Positions 1 to 10,243 of a stretch of DNA of 64,000 bases are shown here, piece after piece (positions within the stretch are counted from its first letter, which is position 1; the number at the start of each line of letters is the position of its first letter). Origin of the DNA: an uncultured cyanobacterium (GTDB lineage: Bacteria > Cyanobacteriota > Cyanobacteriia > Cyanobacteriales > Nostocaceae); assembly GCA_963740315.1 (NCBI GenBank), contig CAVUDP010000004.1:640001-704000 (forward strand), given 5' to 3'. The position numbers were made by a program, and so were the translations under genes. Under the pieces are notes generated by a model. The model ran no database searches. It worked only from the letters and a program-made list of their open reading frames with translations, and was not told the origin of the DNA.

Positions 1-611
1 CGAAAACTGTTGCGGAGTCGAAATAAATCGGGAAGGGTTTTCAAATTACCAATTAAAGCGATAAAATCCCCTGTATTCGGATAAAACTTTTTCAACAACC
101 GAGCAGGATAAACTTGCGAACCCGGAGTAGAATCGCAGTAACCTAACATTTCCAAGGACATCATCAATCGCAATTTTTGCTTTTCTCGAACTAATTTTGC
201 TACATAATCCTTACTACCCAACAAACCAGATTCTTCCATATCAAAAGCAACGAGTCGCAAAGGATACTTTGTTGGCTGCGTAGCAAAAATTCTCGCTAAT
301 TCTAATAAAACTGCCACACCAGTAGCATTATCATCGGCTGCTGGGCTTCCCGGAACGCCATCGTAATGAGCTGCAATTAAAATTGGTGATAAATTGTCCT
401 TTCCATATTTGGCATCTGAAGGTAAATTCAATATGAGATTTTCACAGACTTTGCTACCAACTTCAAAGGTGTGGATTTCCACACTTCCCCATTGTGAAAA
501 AGAAGCACGAATGTATTCTTGGACAAAGAAATGTCCTGCTGTTGCTAAATAAGGATCGCGTTCTCGTGCTATTTGAATAAGATGGGCAACGAGTTGTTTT
601 TTTAAATCCAC
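1..611 (-). CDS. M28-family Zn-dependent aminopeptidase-like protein (runs off the left edge)
   Basis: Not in the ORF track. Manual minus-strand translation from GTG at 611 gives MDLKKQLVAHLIQIARERDPY...ILIAAHYDGVPGSPAADDNATGVAVLLE...AFDMEESGLLGS...MMSLEMLGY, which contains the HxD, DDNATG and EE motifs of M28. Confidence 0.85.
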   Translation of the reverse strand, partial: MDLKKQLVAHLIQIARERDPYLATAGHFFVQEYIRASFSQWGSVEIHTFEVGSKVCENLILNLPSDAKYGKDNLSPILIAAHYDGVPGSPAADDNATGVAVLLELARIFATQPTKYPLRLVAFDMEESGLLGSKDYVAKLVREKQKLRLMMSLEMLGYCDSTPGSQVYPARLLKKFYPNTGDFIALIGNLKTLPDLFRLRNSF

Positions 612-884
612 GGATAAACGCCGGAACTATGAAGGATAAAGGATAAAACTTAGATAAGCTATGAAAAATGAATTGTTTTTTCAAGTACTTTTATTACCCC
701 GTTGAGCGAAAAAATGGATCTTAACTGTTAATGGCTTGTTTGATGGATAAATTCAATTATTTTAAACGTACTAGTTGCCAACAGATAACTTAATTGACAA
801 TGTATTTCTCAACTGCAAGATACAATAAATCAAGCATTACTTCTAAACATATATTTATAAGACATACTAGGAGAAGCGTAGGGC

Positions 885-3101
885 ATGGGCAAGGTAGTAG
901 GCATCGACTTGGGTACAACAAACTCTGTAGTCGCCGTGATGGAAGGTGGCAAGCCGGTGGTTATTGCCAATGCGGAAGGAATGCGAACCACTCCCTCGGT
1001 TGTGGGCTTTAGCAAAGACGGCGAAAAGGTTGTTGGACAAATGGCGCGAAGACAAACTGTCCTCAATCCTCAGAATACCTTTTTTGCTATCAAGCGTTTT
1101 ATGGGACGTAAATATTCTGAGTTAACTCCAGAATCGAAGCGAGTTCCTTATACAATTCGTAAGGATGAATTTGGTAATATTCAAATTGCATCTCCCCGTG
1201 TAAAGAAGGATTTCGCACCGGAAGAGCTTTCGGCGATGATTCTGAGAAAATTAGCAGATGATGCCAGTAAATATTTAGGAGAAACTGTAACGGGTGCAGT
1301 AATTACCGTTCCTGCTTATTTTAATGATGCCCAGCGACAAGCTACCAGAGATGCAGGTAGAATTGCTGGCTTGGAAGTATTGCGGATTCTTAACGAACCT
1401 ACTGCTGCGGCTTTAGCTTACGGTTTGGATAAAGCCGATAACGAAATCATTTTAGTATTTGACTTGGGTGGTGGAACCTTCGACGTATCTATTTTGGAAA
1501 TCGGCGATGGTGTATTTGAAGTTAAAGCCACATCCGGCGATACTCAATTGGGGGGAAACGATTTTGATAAACGAATTGTCGATTGGTTAGCCGAGAAATT
1601 TTTAGAAGATGAAGGCATAGATTTAAGACGCGATCGCCAAGCTTTACAACGTTTAATGGAAGCTGCGGAAAAGGCAAAAATCGAACTTTCGGCGGTTAGC
1701 GTTACCGATATTAATTTACCTTTTATTACTGCCGACCAGGAAGGACCCAAACATCTAGAAACTCGTTTGACTCGTTCTCAATTTGAGGCAATGTGCGATG
1801 ATTTGTTGGGCAGATTGCGAGTTCCGGTAAAACGAGCGCTTCGAGATGCTGCTATGACACCGCGAGATATTGAAGAAGTTGTACTTGTGGGTGGTTCAAC
1901 CAGGATGCCAATTGTCGAAAAATTGGTGGAAGCAATGATTGGCTTGCAACCCAACCAAAATGTTAACCCCGATGAAGTGGTGGGTGTTGGTGCTGCGGTT
2001 CAAGCAGGTATTCTCGGTGGCGAATTGAAAGATGTATTGCTGCTTGATGTTACTCCCCTATCAATAGGATTGGAAACCATTGGCGGCGTGATGAAAAAGT
2101 TAATTCCTCGCAACACTACCATACCCGTTCGCCGTTCGGATATTTTCTCAACTTCCGAAAACAACCAAAACACCGTGGAAGTCCACGTAGTCCAAGGCGA
2201 ACGAGAAATGGCTGCTGATAACAAAGCTCTCGGACGTTTTAAGCTGTATGGCATTCCTCCCGCGCCTCGGGGAATACCGCAAATTCAGGTATCCTTTGAT
2301 ATTGATGCCAACGGTATTTTACAGGTGACGGCATTAGATAGAACTACGGGAAGAGAACAGAGTATTACGATTCAAGGCGCTTCTAACTTGAGTGAAGCCG
2401 ATATTCAGCAAGCAATTCGGGAAGCCGAGAAATTTGCCGACGTAGATAGACAGCGCAAAGAACGAATTGAAAAGCGTACCCGTGCCGAAGCATTAATTTT
2501 GCAAGCCGAAAGACAGCTTCGAGAAGTTGCGTTAGATTTTGGTATGCAGTTCGCTCGCAATCGTCGTCAGCGAATTGATAATATTTGCCGAGATTTACGC
2601 GATAGTTTAAAGGCAGATGACGATCGAGGAATTGACCAAACTTACGCCGATTTACAAGATGCTTTATCCGACTTAAATAAAGAAGTTCGTCAGTACTACG
2701 CTGAAGACGAAGAAGACGATTTATTCGGCACCATCCGTGATATCTTTATCGGCGATAAAGATCGGGATGACGAATTCTACGATCGCGGCTACGGTAGGGA
2801 TGCCGATCGCGGCTACGGTAGGGATGCCGGTCGCGGTTACGGTAGGGATGCCGATCGCGGTTATGGTAGGGATGCCGATCGCGGTTACGGTAGGGATGCC
2901 GATCGCGGTTATGGTAGGGATGCTGATGCTGATAAGGGTTACAGTGGAAATTCCGCCGATCGGGGCTACGGTAGGGATGGCGATCGCGGTTACGGTAGGG
3001 ATAACAGCTATCCTTCCTATGACAAAGGTAATTCATCGCGTAAACCATCAAAACCCAGCTACCGAGATAATTGGGATGATGAAGATGACGATTGGCTGTA
3101 A
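885..3101 (+). CDS. dnaK: Chaperone DnaK, DnaK3 type, with repetitive C-terminal extension
   Basis: [17 protein letters not shown] and VLVGGSTR motifs. Acidic [10 protein letters not shown]-terminus typical of cyanobacterial DnaK3. Followed by a dnaJ gene. Confidence 0.95.
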   Translation: MGKVVGIDLGTTNSVVAVMEGGKPVVIANAEGMRTTPSVVGFSKDGEKVVGQMARRQTVLNPQNTFFAIKRFMGRKYSELTPESKRVPYTIRKDEFGNIQIASPRVKKDFAPEELSAMILRKLADDASKYLGETVTGAVITVPAYFNDAQRQATRDAGRIAGLEVLRILNEPTAAALAYGLDKADNEIILVFDLGGGTFDVSILEIGDGVFEVKATSGDTQLGGNDFDKRIVDWLAEKFLEDEGIDLRRDRQALQRLMEAAEKAKIELSAVSVTDINLPFITADQEGPKHLETRLTRSQFEAMCDDLLGRLRVPVKRALRDAAMTPRDIEEVVLVGGSTRMPIVEKLVEAMIGLQPNQNVNPDEVVGVGAAVQAGILGGELKDVLLLDVTPLSIGLETIGGVMKKLIPRNTTIPVRRSDIFSTSENNQNTVEVHVVQGEREMAADNKALGRFKLYGIPPAPRGIPQIQVSFDIDANGILQVTALDRTTGREQSITIQGASNLSEADIQQAIREAEKFADVDRQRKERIEKRTRAEALILQAERQLREVALDFGMQFARNRRQRIDNICRDLRDSLKADDDRGIDQTYADLQDALSDLNKEVRQYYAEDEEDDLFGTIRDIFIGDKDRDDEFYDRGYGRDADRGYGRDAGRGYGRDADRGYGRDADRGYGRDADRGYGRDADADKGYSGNSADRGYGRDGDRGYGRDNSYPSYDKGNSSRKPSKPSYRDNWDDEDDDWL
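2781..3002 (+). repeat. 24-bp coding tandem repeat (DRGYGRDA): six copies plus two after a spacer
   Basis: Units of gatcgcgg(t/c)ta(c/t)ggtagggatgcc at 2781-2924; two more at 2958-3002. Confidence 0.95.
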
Positions 3102-3444
3102 CGCCGTTTAAATTAGCTTTTGACGAGCAAATTAGAGGCTAATATACGGGCGGTTAACCCCGCTCTTAGTTATTTAACAATATACTTAGTAAAATAATCC
3201 GGCTTTTAATATTACAAAAGAAAAAAAACTAAACATACAAACGCTTTTTCCTAAGTCTTTTAAAAAATCGTTTTCTTTTTTTTCATCGACTGACAACATC
3301 AATCAAAAGTAAATTGTTTACTCCCTTGCGATCGAAAAGCTGCAAAAGCTCAGCATATGAGGATCGAAAAATAGAATTAAAATTATTTATTAATGTTACT
3401 TACTCCCTATTCCCTCTTACAAATCGAAAGTTAAACAACTTACT

Positions 3445-4431
3445 ATGCAGAACTTGCAGAATTTTCGCGATTACTACGAGATTTTAGGAGTATCTAAAGA
3501 TGCCCCAAATGAGGATATCAAAAAAAGTTATCGGCGATTAGCGCGACAATATCACCCGGATCTTAATCCCGGCAACAAAGCCGCAGAAGAAAAATTTAAA
3601 GATGTAAATGAAGCTTACGAAGTCTTGAGCGATCCAGCTAAACGCGCACAGTACGACCAATTTAGCGTTTTCTGGAAGCAAAATGGCTTCGCTGGTTCAA
3701 AGCCTTCCTCACGCAAGGCCTGGAATCCCCAAGCAAATGGTCGCAATCAAGATGTTAACCCCGCCAAATACGATAATTTTGATACCTTTATCGACCAGGT
3801 TTTTGGGGTAAAGAATAAAACAACTACTAGCGATACGACTAACACTACAAAAACCGATCCATTTCGGACTCCTAGAACAAAAGTTTCTTATACTCCCAAC
3901 TCGCGTCCAACTCGCCGGGATATAGAAGCAAGATTAACTTTACCTCTAGAAAAAGCTTATCAAGGTGGTTTAGAAAGAATTCGTCTCGAAGATGGACGTT
4001 CTTTAGAAGTTAATATGCCTCCAGGAATGGTAACGGGACAAACCATCCGCTTGCGAAATCAAGGTATTAGTGGCGGCGATTTATACCTAAAAATTACCGT
4101 ACAACAGCATCATATTTTTAAACTTGACGGCAGCGATATCTTCACTCATGTACCGATTACTCCTTGCGAAGCAGTTCTAGGAGGACAAGTAGAAGCACCA
4201 ACTTTAGATGGATTGGTAAAAATGACAATTCCCCCAGGAGTTAGATCCGGTCAAAGATTGCGCTTAGAAGGTAAAGGTTATCCCAACGAAAAAGGAAAAC
4301 GCGGCAACCAACTCGTAGAAATTCAAATAATTACTCCTGCACCTAAAAATATTAGTTCTCAGGAACGCGAGCTTTACGAAAAGTTACGCGAAATTGAAAC
4401 TTTCAAACCTCGTAACGATTTACTGAGATAA
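3445..4431 (+). CDS. dnaJ: DnaJ-class co-chaperone, type II (CbpA-like)
   Basis: N-terminal J domain with HPD, DnaJ C-terminal domain, no zinc finger. Confidence 0.9.
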   Translation: MQNLQNFRDYYEILGVSKDAPNEDIKKSYRRLARQYHPDLNPGNKAAEEKFKDVNEAYEVLSDPAKRAQYDQFSVFWKQNGFAGSKPSSRKAWNPQANGRNQDVNPAKYDNFDTFIDQVFGVKNKTTTSDTTNTTKTDPFRTPRTKVSYTPNSRPTRRDIEARLTLPLEKAYQGGLERIRLEDGRSLEVNMPPGMVTGQTIRLRNQGISGGDLYLKITVQQHHIFKLDGSDIFTHVPITPCEAVLGGQVEAPTLDGLVKMTIPPGVRSGQRLRLEGKGYPNEKGKRGNQLVEIQIITPAPKNISSQERELYEKLREIETFKPRNDLLR

Positions 4432-4548
4432 TTCGTTAAGAATTGAAACTCAAATTTATAAATATTTATATTCAAGATTTCATGGCTTGCAACATAAAGA
4501 TAGTTTTAAAATATTAGAAAAAACTGTCTGCAAGGTAACGAATTAGCC

Positions 4549-5091
4549 GTGAACCAAAATGGGACAATACCAAGCCGCACTTATCCAACCTACTACTCTT
4601 TGCTAGGTTTGCATCCAGCGGCTTCAGTAATCGAAATCCGTCGTGCTTATCGAGAACTTAGCAAGCGCTATCATCCCGATACTACCGATTTACCAAAAAA
4701 ACTTGCTACTGCAAAATTTCAAGAACTCAACGAAGCTTACGCCACTTTGAGCAATCCCCAGAAACGTTTAACTTACGACCTGAAAATGGGCTATTCGCGC
4801 TTCGGAGTAATTCAACCACCCTCCGACTTAAACATTCCGGTTTCTCAAAGTCGTCATTCATCTAAATCCGCTTACCTCGATCCTACCGATCGCCCCCTTT
4901 CACCGGGAGAGGTTTTTGCTTTATTCATTTTAGGGTTAACTTTTTTAGGATGTTTGTTGCTAGTAATAGCAGTAGGTTTGACTAGAGGTGAAGCCGCATT
5001 TCAAACCACAATAGAGCAACCAGATATTATAGTACAGCAGCAAATAATTAATCCAAATCCCTCAAATATTGTAAATAAATTTAATAATTAA
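4549..5091 (+). CDS. J-domain protein with C-terminal transmembrane helix
   Basis: YYSLLGL...YHPD J domain; hydrophobic segment VFALFILGLTFLGCLLLVIAVG. Confidence 0.85.
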   Translation: MNQNGTIPSRTYPTYYSLLGLHPAASVIEIRRAYRELSKRYHPDTTDLPKKLATAKFQELNEAYATLSNPQKRLTYDLKMGYSRFGVIQPPSDLNIPVSQSRHSSKSAYLDPTDRPLSPGEVFALFILGLTFLGCLLLVIAVGLTRGEAAFQTTIEQPDIIVQQQIINPNPSNIVNKFNN

Positions 5092-5100
5092 GTTTTTTCA

Positions 5101-5290
5101 GGTCAAAGGTCAAAGGTTAAAGGTTAAAGGTTAAAGGTTAAAGGTCAAAGGTTAAAGGTCAAAGGTTAAAGGTTATATAACTCCTAATTCCTAACTCCCT
5201 ACTCCCTACTCCCTGCTCCCTGCTCCTAACTCCTAACTCCTAACTCCTAACTTTCTACTCCCGACTCCCGACTTCCGACTCCCTACTCCT
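5101..5290 (+). repeat. STRR heptamer arrays: (AAAGGT[T/C])n then (CTCCTAA/CTCCCTA/CTCCCGA)n
   Basis: Directly visible tandem heptamers. Confidence 0.9.
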
Positions 5291-5339
5291 GACTTGTTTA
5301 ATCCAAAATCGTTGTTAAAATCTAAAATCTAAAATCCTT

Positions 5340-5612
5340 ATGTATCTTCTAAACTCAGAAACTCCACTATATAACCATCCACTTCCCCAGATTGAACAAT
5401 GGCTAGAAAACCAAGGCTGTCAGCAAGACCCGAAAAACTTGCATTTATGGCGCATAAAGAAACCGACTTGGGAAGCAGAAATTTGGCTTGATATTAAAGA
5501 AATTATAGTCCGATACATAGATGCAGCAACAGATAAAGAAGACATCCAGCGATCGTTTCAATATTCTCTCAGCCGCCAAGACATAGAAGAAGCAATTTTT
5601 TCTGGACCGTAG
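5340..5612 (+). CDS. Conserved cyanobacterial protein (DUF3143-like)
   Basis: TPLYNHPLPQIEQWL...FQYSLSRQDIEEAIFSGP resembles the DUF3143 family. Confidence 0.75.
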   Translation: MYLLNSETPLYNHPLPQIEQWLENQGCQQDPKNLHLWRIKKPTWEAEIWLDIKEIIVRYIDAATDKEDIQRSFQYSLSRQDIEEAIFSGP

Positions 5613-5758
5613 GGGGATGGGAAGAGGGGGAGATGGGGAGATGGGGAGATGGGGAAGAGGGGGGAGATGGGGTAGATAATTCCTAACTCCTCACCTTTAA
5701 CCTTTAACCTTTAACCTTTAACCTTTAACCTTTAACCTTTAACCTTTGACCTTTAACC
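5613..5758 (+). repeat. Composite repeat: (GGGGAGATG)-like tract, CTCCTAA units, (CCTTTAA)n array
   Basis: Directly visible. Confidence 0.9.
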
Positions 5759-5779
5759 TACCCCCCATGCCCAATGCCG

Positions 5780-6529
5780 TTAAACTTTCCCAAACCGCCG
5801 TTCTCTTTGTTGATAGGCGGACAATGCTTTGGTGAATTCGCTGCGGTCAAAATCGGGCCATAAAGTATCGGTAAAATATATTTCTGAATAAGCTAATTGC
5901 CATAAAAGAAAATTACTCAGGCGCATTTCACCGCTGGTACGAATAATTAAATCTGGGTCGCAATGTCCGGCGGTATAAAGATGATTTTCAAATGTTGCTT
6001 CATCAATTTCGTCAGGTCGAAGTAATCCTTTGTCTACTTTTTCGGCAATTTCTCGACAAGCTTGGAGAATTTCTTGTCTGCCCCCATAATTGGTAGCAAC
6101 ATTAAAATCAATACCGCGATTGTCTTTGGTTTCTTCCATTGAACGGCTAATTTCTGCTTGTAAGGCATTTGGCAAAGCCTTTAAATTTCCTACAAAGCCG
6201 ATTCTTACGTTCTCTTGTCGCATTTCTCGCAACTCTTGACGCAAAACCCTTTGGAACAAGGTCATCAAAAACTCAACTTCTTCTTGCGGTCTACCCCAAT
6301 TTTCGGTGGAAAAAGCATAAGCAGTCAGTGCTTTTATCCCCCAATCTTTACAGCAGCGGAGCAAATCTTTAAGAATATCAACTCCCCGCTTGTGACCCAT
6401 AATACGAGGTAAACCCCTACGTTTAGCCCATCGACCATTGCCATCCATGATTACCGCAACGTGCTGGGGTAGTAGTTCTTTTTTTAAATTACTTGGCAAA
6501 TATTCTAGATTTGGTGATTGTGCTGTCAT
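5780..6529 (-). CDS. uppS: Undecaprenyl diphosphate synthase (isoprenyl transferase)
   Basis: [19 protein letters not shown] and [15 protein letters not shown] motifs. Confidence 0.97.
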   Translation of the reverse strand: MTAQSPNLEYLPSNLKKELLPQHVAVIMDGNGRWAKRRGLPRIMGHKRGVDILKDLLRCCKDWGIKALTAYAFSTENWGRPQEEVEFLMTLFQRVLRQELREMRQENVRIGFVGNLKALPNALQAEISRSMEETKDNRGIDFNVATNYGGRQEILQACREIAEKVDKGLLRPDEIDEATFENHLYTAGHCDPDLIIRTSGEMRLSNFLLWQLAYSEIYFTDTLWPDFDRSEFTKALSAYQQRERRFGKV

Positions 6530-7446
6530 TTTTTATCCCGAGAAGCGCTCGATGGTAAACCGAGTAAACGTGAAATTAGTGCAGTTGACTTACTACGAAT
6601 TTGACGACCCAAACTAAATAAACCGGGAGCTACAGCTTCCCGATCCACAGTCGGAGAAAATCGAGTTTCTAAAGACTCTCTCAACTTCGTGATTGTTAAT
6701 GGTCTATTTAGAGTTCCCCTTTCTGCTAAAGAAATAGAACCTGTTTCCTCTGATACAACGACGCAAATACAATTTTCCACACGCTCAGTAATTCCCATTG
6801 CTGCCCGGTGCCGAGTTCCCAACTGACGGGAAGCCGTGCGTCCCGAAAGAGGCAAAATTATACCACTGGATACAATCCGAGAACCACGTATTAATGTTGC
6901 ACCATCATGCAAAAGGGTTTTGGGTTGAAAAATTGTTTGCAGCAGTTCTTTGGAAACTTCAGCATTCAGTTTAACTCCCGGTACGGAAAAATCCCGTTCA
7001 TCAATTGGACCAGTGGTTTCTATAATCACTAAAGCCCCAATCCGATTTTTTGAGAGTTCTCTAACCGCATCAACAATTTCATCAATTACACTATACGATT
7101 TCGGCACTGCCAAACTTGAAGTTTGAAACAACTGCCGAAATTCACCACGCCCCAACTGTTCTAAAAAACGGCGAAACTCCGACTGAAGAGTTATCGCCAT
7201 TGCTACAGCACAACCATATACCAAGCTTTGCAAGACAAAATTTAATAGTTGTAACTGTAAAAAGCCACTTACAGCTGAAGCTAGCATCAACATAATAAAC
7301 CCTCGCACCATCCATAAAGTACGACGTTCGCTGATAATTACTAGCATCATGTAGGTTAGCGCCAGCACTAACATGATATCCAGAGTCTTTAACAAAGACT
7401 GCGACCATCCCAGGTTTGCCAGCCATTGTTTCCATAAATTCCCCAT
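6526..7446 (-). CDS. cdaA: Diadenylate cyclase CdaA
   Basis: Three N-terminal TM helices; DAC motifs LHDGA and GTRHRAA; located in the lysA-cdaA-uppS operon. Confidence 0.95.
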   Translation of the reverse strand: MGNLWKQWLANLGWSQSLLKTLDIMLVLALTYMMLVIISERRTLWMVRGFIMLMLASAVSGFLQLQLLNFVLQSLVYGCAVAMAITLQSEFRRFLEQLGRGEFRQLFQTSSLAVPKSYSVIDEIVDAVRELSKNRIGALVIIETTGPIDERDFSVPGVKLNAEVSKELLQTIFQPKTLLHDGATLIRGSRIVSSGIILPLSGRTASRQLGTRHRAAMGITERVENCICVVVSEETGSISLAERGTLNRPLTITKLRESLETRFSPTVDREAVAPGLFSLGRQIRSKSTALISRLLGLPSSASRDKK

Positions 7447-7614
7447 GACATCTGGATTACGCGCTAATTTTGAAGGATATATTGCTCAAAGTATAAAGAA
7501 TATAGATGCCCTCTGGGCAACTTTCCCGCATAGTAACACGAAGTATGAAATATGAAATAGTTGATTTTTTCAGCCTTCATATCTGACTACGGTGAAGCCA
7601 TTATCCTTTATTCT

Positions 7615-9045
7615 TTATTGTTCGTTTTTTTTGAGTCGTTCTGGTAAGCAATCTTGCCGAATCAAGTCTTGATATGATTCGCGTTGCAATATTAAACTTG
7701 CTTCACCATTCGCAACTAAAACTGCTGCCGGTCGCGGCAAACGGTTGTAATTGGATGACATACTGTAATTGTATGCACCAGTTGCCATTACCACGAGAAT
7801 ATCTCCTGGTTCTGTTGTTGGAAGTTGGGCATCTTTAATTAGGATATCTCCCGATTCGCAATGTTTACCAGCAATTGTGACTTTTTCGGTAAATGGCGCG
7901 GACATTTTATTCGCTACCACCGCTCGATAAATTGACTGATAGGTAATTGGACGTGGATTATCTGACATTCCACCGTCTACAGCAATATACTTACGTATTC
8001 CGGGAATTTCCTTCGATGCACCAATACTATATGCTGTAACGCAGGTTGTACCGATTAAAGAACGTCCCGGTTCGCATAACAATTTTGGTAAAGGAAGATT
8101 AGCGCTTTCACAGGTTTTTTCGATTTCCTCACAAATCGGCTTCACCCATTCGGATATAGTCGGTGGATCGTCCGATTCTATATATCTTATTCCTAAACCG
8201 CCACCAACGTTTAATTCGGTAATTTGTATACCATAAGTTGATGCCCTCTTGAGCCACTCAACCATCAGAGCAGCTAAATCTTGATGAGGTTGACGTTCAA
8301 AAATTTGCGAGCCAATGTGAGCGTGCAAACCAACGCAGTTAAGTGCATGTTGATTTTTACTCACAAAAGTAAACACATCATCAAGTGCATTCGGATCGAA
8401 ACCAAATTTACTATCTAACTGTCCCGTGCGGATGTAATCGTGGGTATGACAATCAATACCCGGAGTCAGACGCAACATGATGCGGTATGGCGAGAAGTTT
8501 GAAGAACTATTCTTATTCTCCGATGCCAGTTCTACTAAAGTATTTAACTCATACCAGTTATCCACCACAATAGTACAGCCAGATTCGACCGCAAAAATTA
8601 ACTCTTCACGAGATTTATTGTTGCTATGAAGGTAAATTTTCTCGGCATTAGCGCCACTATGAATAGCGGTATATAATTCGCCACCAGAAGCTACATCTAT
8701 TCCCAAACCTTCAGAATCAACGATCGCGCACACCGCCAAACAATTCCATGCTTTGGAAGCGTACAATACCTGGGATTCACCTTTATAGTATTGCTTGAAA
8801 CTATCGCGATACTGACGGCAAGCTGTCCGCAAGCTTTCTTCGTCCAAAATATATAGTGGAGAACCAAACTGAAGAACCAGAGTAGTTACATCACAACCCC
8901 CTATTTCTAAATTGTCGTTCTTATTAACCTTGGCACTGATTGGTAGAAGCGATTGATTGGGCGAAACACCTTCTTTCTTATTTGCCTCCGATAGTATATA
9001 TTTACTACCATTGATTTGAACCCCAACTGGATGAGTCGATACCAT
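7615..9045 (-). CDS. lysA: Diaminopimelate decarboxylase
   Basis: YASKA, HIGSQI, EPGRS, HCESGD and GAYNYSMSSNYN motifs. Start placed at ATG 9045 (MVSTHP). Confidence 0.95.
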   Translation of the reverse strand: MVSTHPVGVQINGSKYILSEANKKEGVSPNQSLLPISAKVNKNDNLEIGGCDVTTLVLQFGSPLYILDEESLRTACRQYRDSFKQYYKGESQVLYASKAWNCLAVCAIVDSEGLGIDVASGGELYTAIHSGANAEKIYLHSNNKSREELIFAVESGCTIVVDNWYELNTLVELASENKNSSSNFSPYRIMLRLTPGIDCHTHDYIRTGQLDSKFGFDPNALDDVFTFVSKNQHALNCVGLHAHIGSQIFERQPHQDLAALMVEWLKRASTYGIQITELNVGGGLGIRYIESDDPPTISEWVKPICEEIEKTCESANLPLPKLLCEPGRSLIGTTCVTAYSIGASKEIPGIRKYIAVDGGMSDNPRPITYQSIYRAVVANKMSAPFTEKVTIAGKHCESGDILIKDAQLPTTEPGDILVVMATGAYNYSMSSNYNRLPRPAAVLVANGEASLILQRESYQDLIRQDCLPERLKKNEQ

Positions 9046-9134
9046 AACGATATAAATTGTATGTGTTTGAATTCTGGGCGACATTTGTCTCCCGTTTTCC
9101 AGTGTACAAAGGGCGATGTACTATAACCAATAAA

Positions 9135-9647
9135 GTGAACTTATTTGAGCTAAAAATCCAACCTTTATCAAAAGCGCATCTATCCGCAATTCTCGAATTA
9201 GATAAATCTTGCTTTGGCGGCTTATGGTCTAAAGATGCCTACTGTCGGGAAATGGATAGTCCAAACAGCGAGATACAAGGTATATTTTCCCCCAAAACTG
9301 GCGAAAAGCTTTTGGGAATGGGTTGTTTTTGGTCAATCTTAGAAGAAGCCCACATTACAATTTTGGCAATAGATTCTCATTATCGCCGTCAAGGAATGGG
9401 CGCGGCTTTACTTTACTCTCTTCTGGCGGCAGCTCGCGATCGCGGTTTAGAAAGAGCGACTTTGGAAGTGCGGGTTTCCAATCAAGCAGCAATTTCTTTA
9501 TACGAAAAATTTGGATTCAAGACAGCAGGGAGAAGGCGACGTTATTACCAAGACAACGGTGAAGACGCTTTAATTCTTTGGCTTGGAGGCATACATCAGC
9601 CAGATTTTCCAGACACTTTAGCTAAACAGTTGGGAGTTAGTTGTTAG
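9135..9647 (+). CDS. rimI: Ribosomal-protein-alanine N-acetyltransferase (GNAT)
   Basis: EEAHITILAI, RRQGMG, LEVRVSNQAAISLYEKFGF and YYQDNGEDA motifs. GTG start at 9135 is inferred. Confidence 0.9.
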   Translation: MNLFELKIQPLSKAHLSAILELDKSCFGGLWSKDAYCREMDSPNSEIQGIFSPKTGEKLLGMGCFWSILEEAHITILAIDSHYRRQGMGAALLYSLLAAARDRGLERATLEVRVSNQAAISLYEKFGFKTAGRRRRYYQDNGEDALILWLGGIHQPDFPDTLAKQLGVSC

Positions 9648-9660
9648 TTGTTAGTTGTTA

Positions 9661-9686
9661 GTAGTGCGAGCGTCTCGCTCGCTATC
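9661..9686 (+). repeat. REP-like palindrome GTAGTGCGAGCGTCTCGCTCGCTATC (family E)
   Basis: GTAG followed by a GCGAGCG/CGCTCGC hairpin; second copy in reverse orientation at 40239-40262. Confidence 0.7.
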
Positions 9687-9870
9687 AATCTCCCCTAGTC
9701 CCCATCTCCCCTAGTCCCCATCTCCCCTAGTCCCCATCTCCCCTAGTCCCCATCTCCCCTAGTCCCCATCTCCCCTAGTCCCCATCTCCCCTTGTCCCCT
9801 TGTCCCCTTGTCCCCATCTCCCCTTCCCCCTCTTCCCCCTCTCCCCCATCTCCCCCCTCTCCCCATTCCC
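9687..9870 (+). repeat. C-rich tandem array; 16-bp unit CCCCTAGTCCCCATCT (about six copies) plus variants
   Basis: Directly visible. Confidence 0.9.
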
Positions 9871-10243
9871 TGTGTTGATCGAAATTGTCAAAGAATTATT
9901 ACAACGAATAATTAAATAATATTTAACCTAACTATAAACAATTGTTATAAAGTTCAAAATCGTCTTGACGTAAAAAAATTATATTGATATTAGTGATGGT
10001 TGGAAAATAACTCCGTAAATAGTTAAGACTAAGTGTGTATGGATTGTGGTCAAGTCAAATAGCGCACTTAATTAAGCTCCTCAGTACAGCGACTACAACA
10101 AAGTAAGAAATATTATGTAGTTCCAACCTCTCTTGTGGGTTTGAAGCATTTGGATGTCTAAAAGGTTTATACAGGCACCCATAGGATTTGCCTGTGCTAA
10201 AATCAGCGTACCGGCACGACGCAGGCGATGGGAATAATGCCTT

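Noticed and set aside
2781..3002. 24-bp repeats as a possible CRISPR array
   Set aside because: Units are contiguous with no unique spacers, are in frame within dnaK, and no cas genes are present.
2737..3111. Alternative-frame ORFs (124 aa plus strand, 101 aa minus strand) over the dnaK tail
   Set aside because: Artefacts of the stop-free 24-bp repeat inside dnaK.
6526..7446. Nucleotide cyclase as a possible CBASS-type defence gene
   Set aside because: It is the housekeeping membrane-bound CdaA in the conserved lysA-cdaA-uppS operon.
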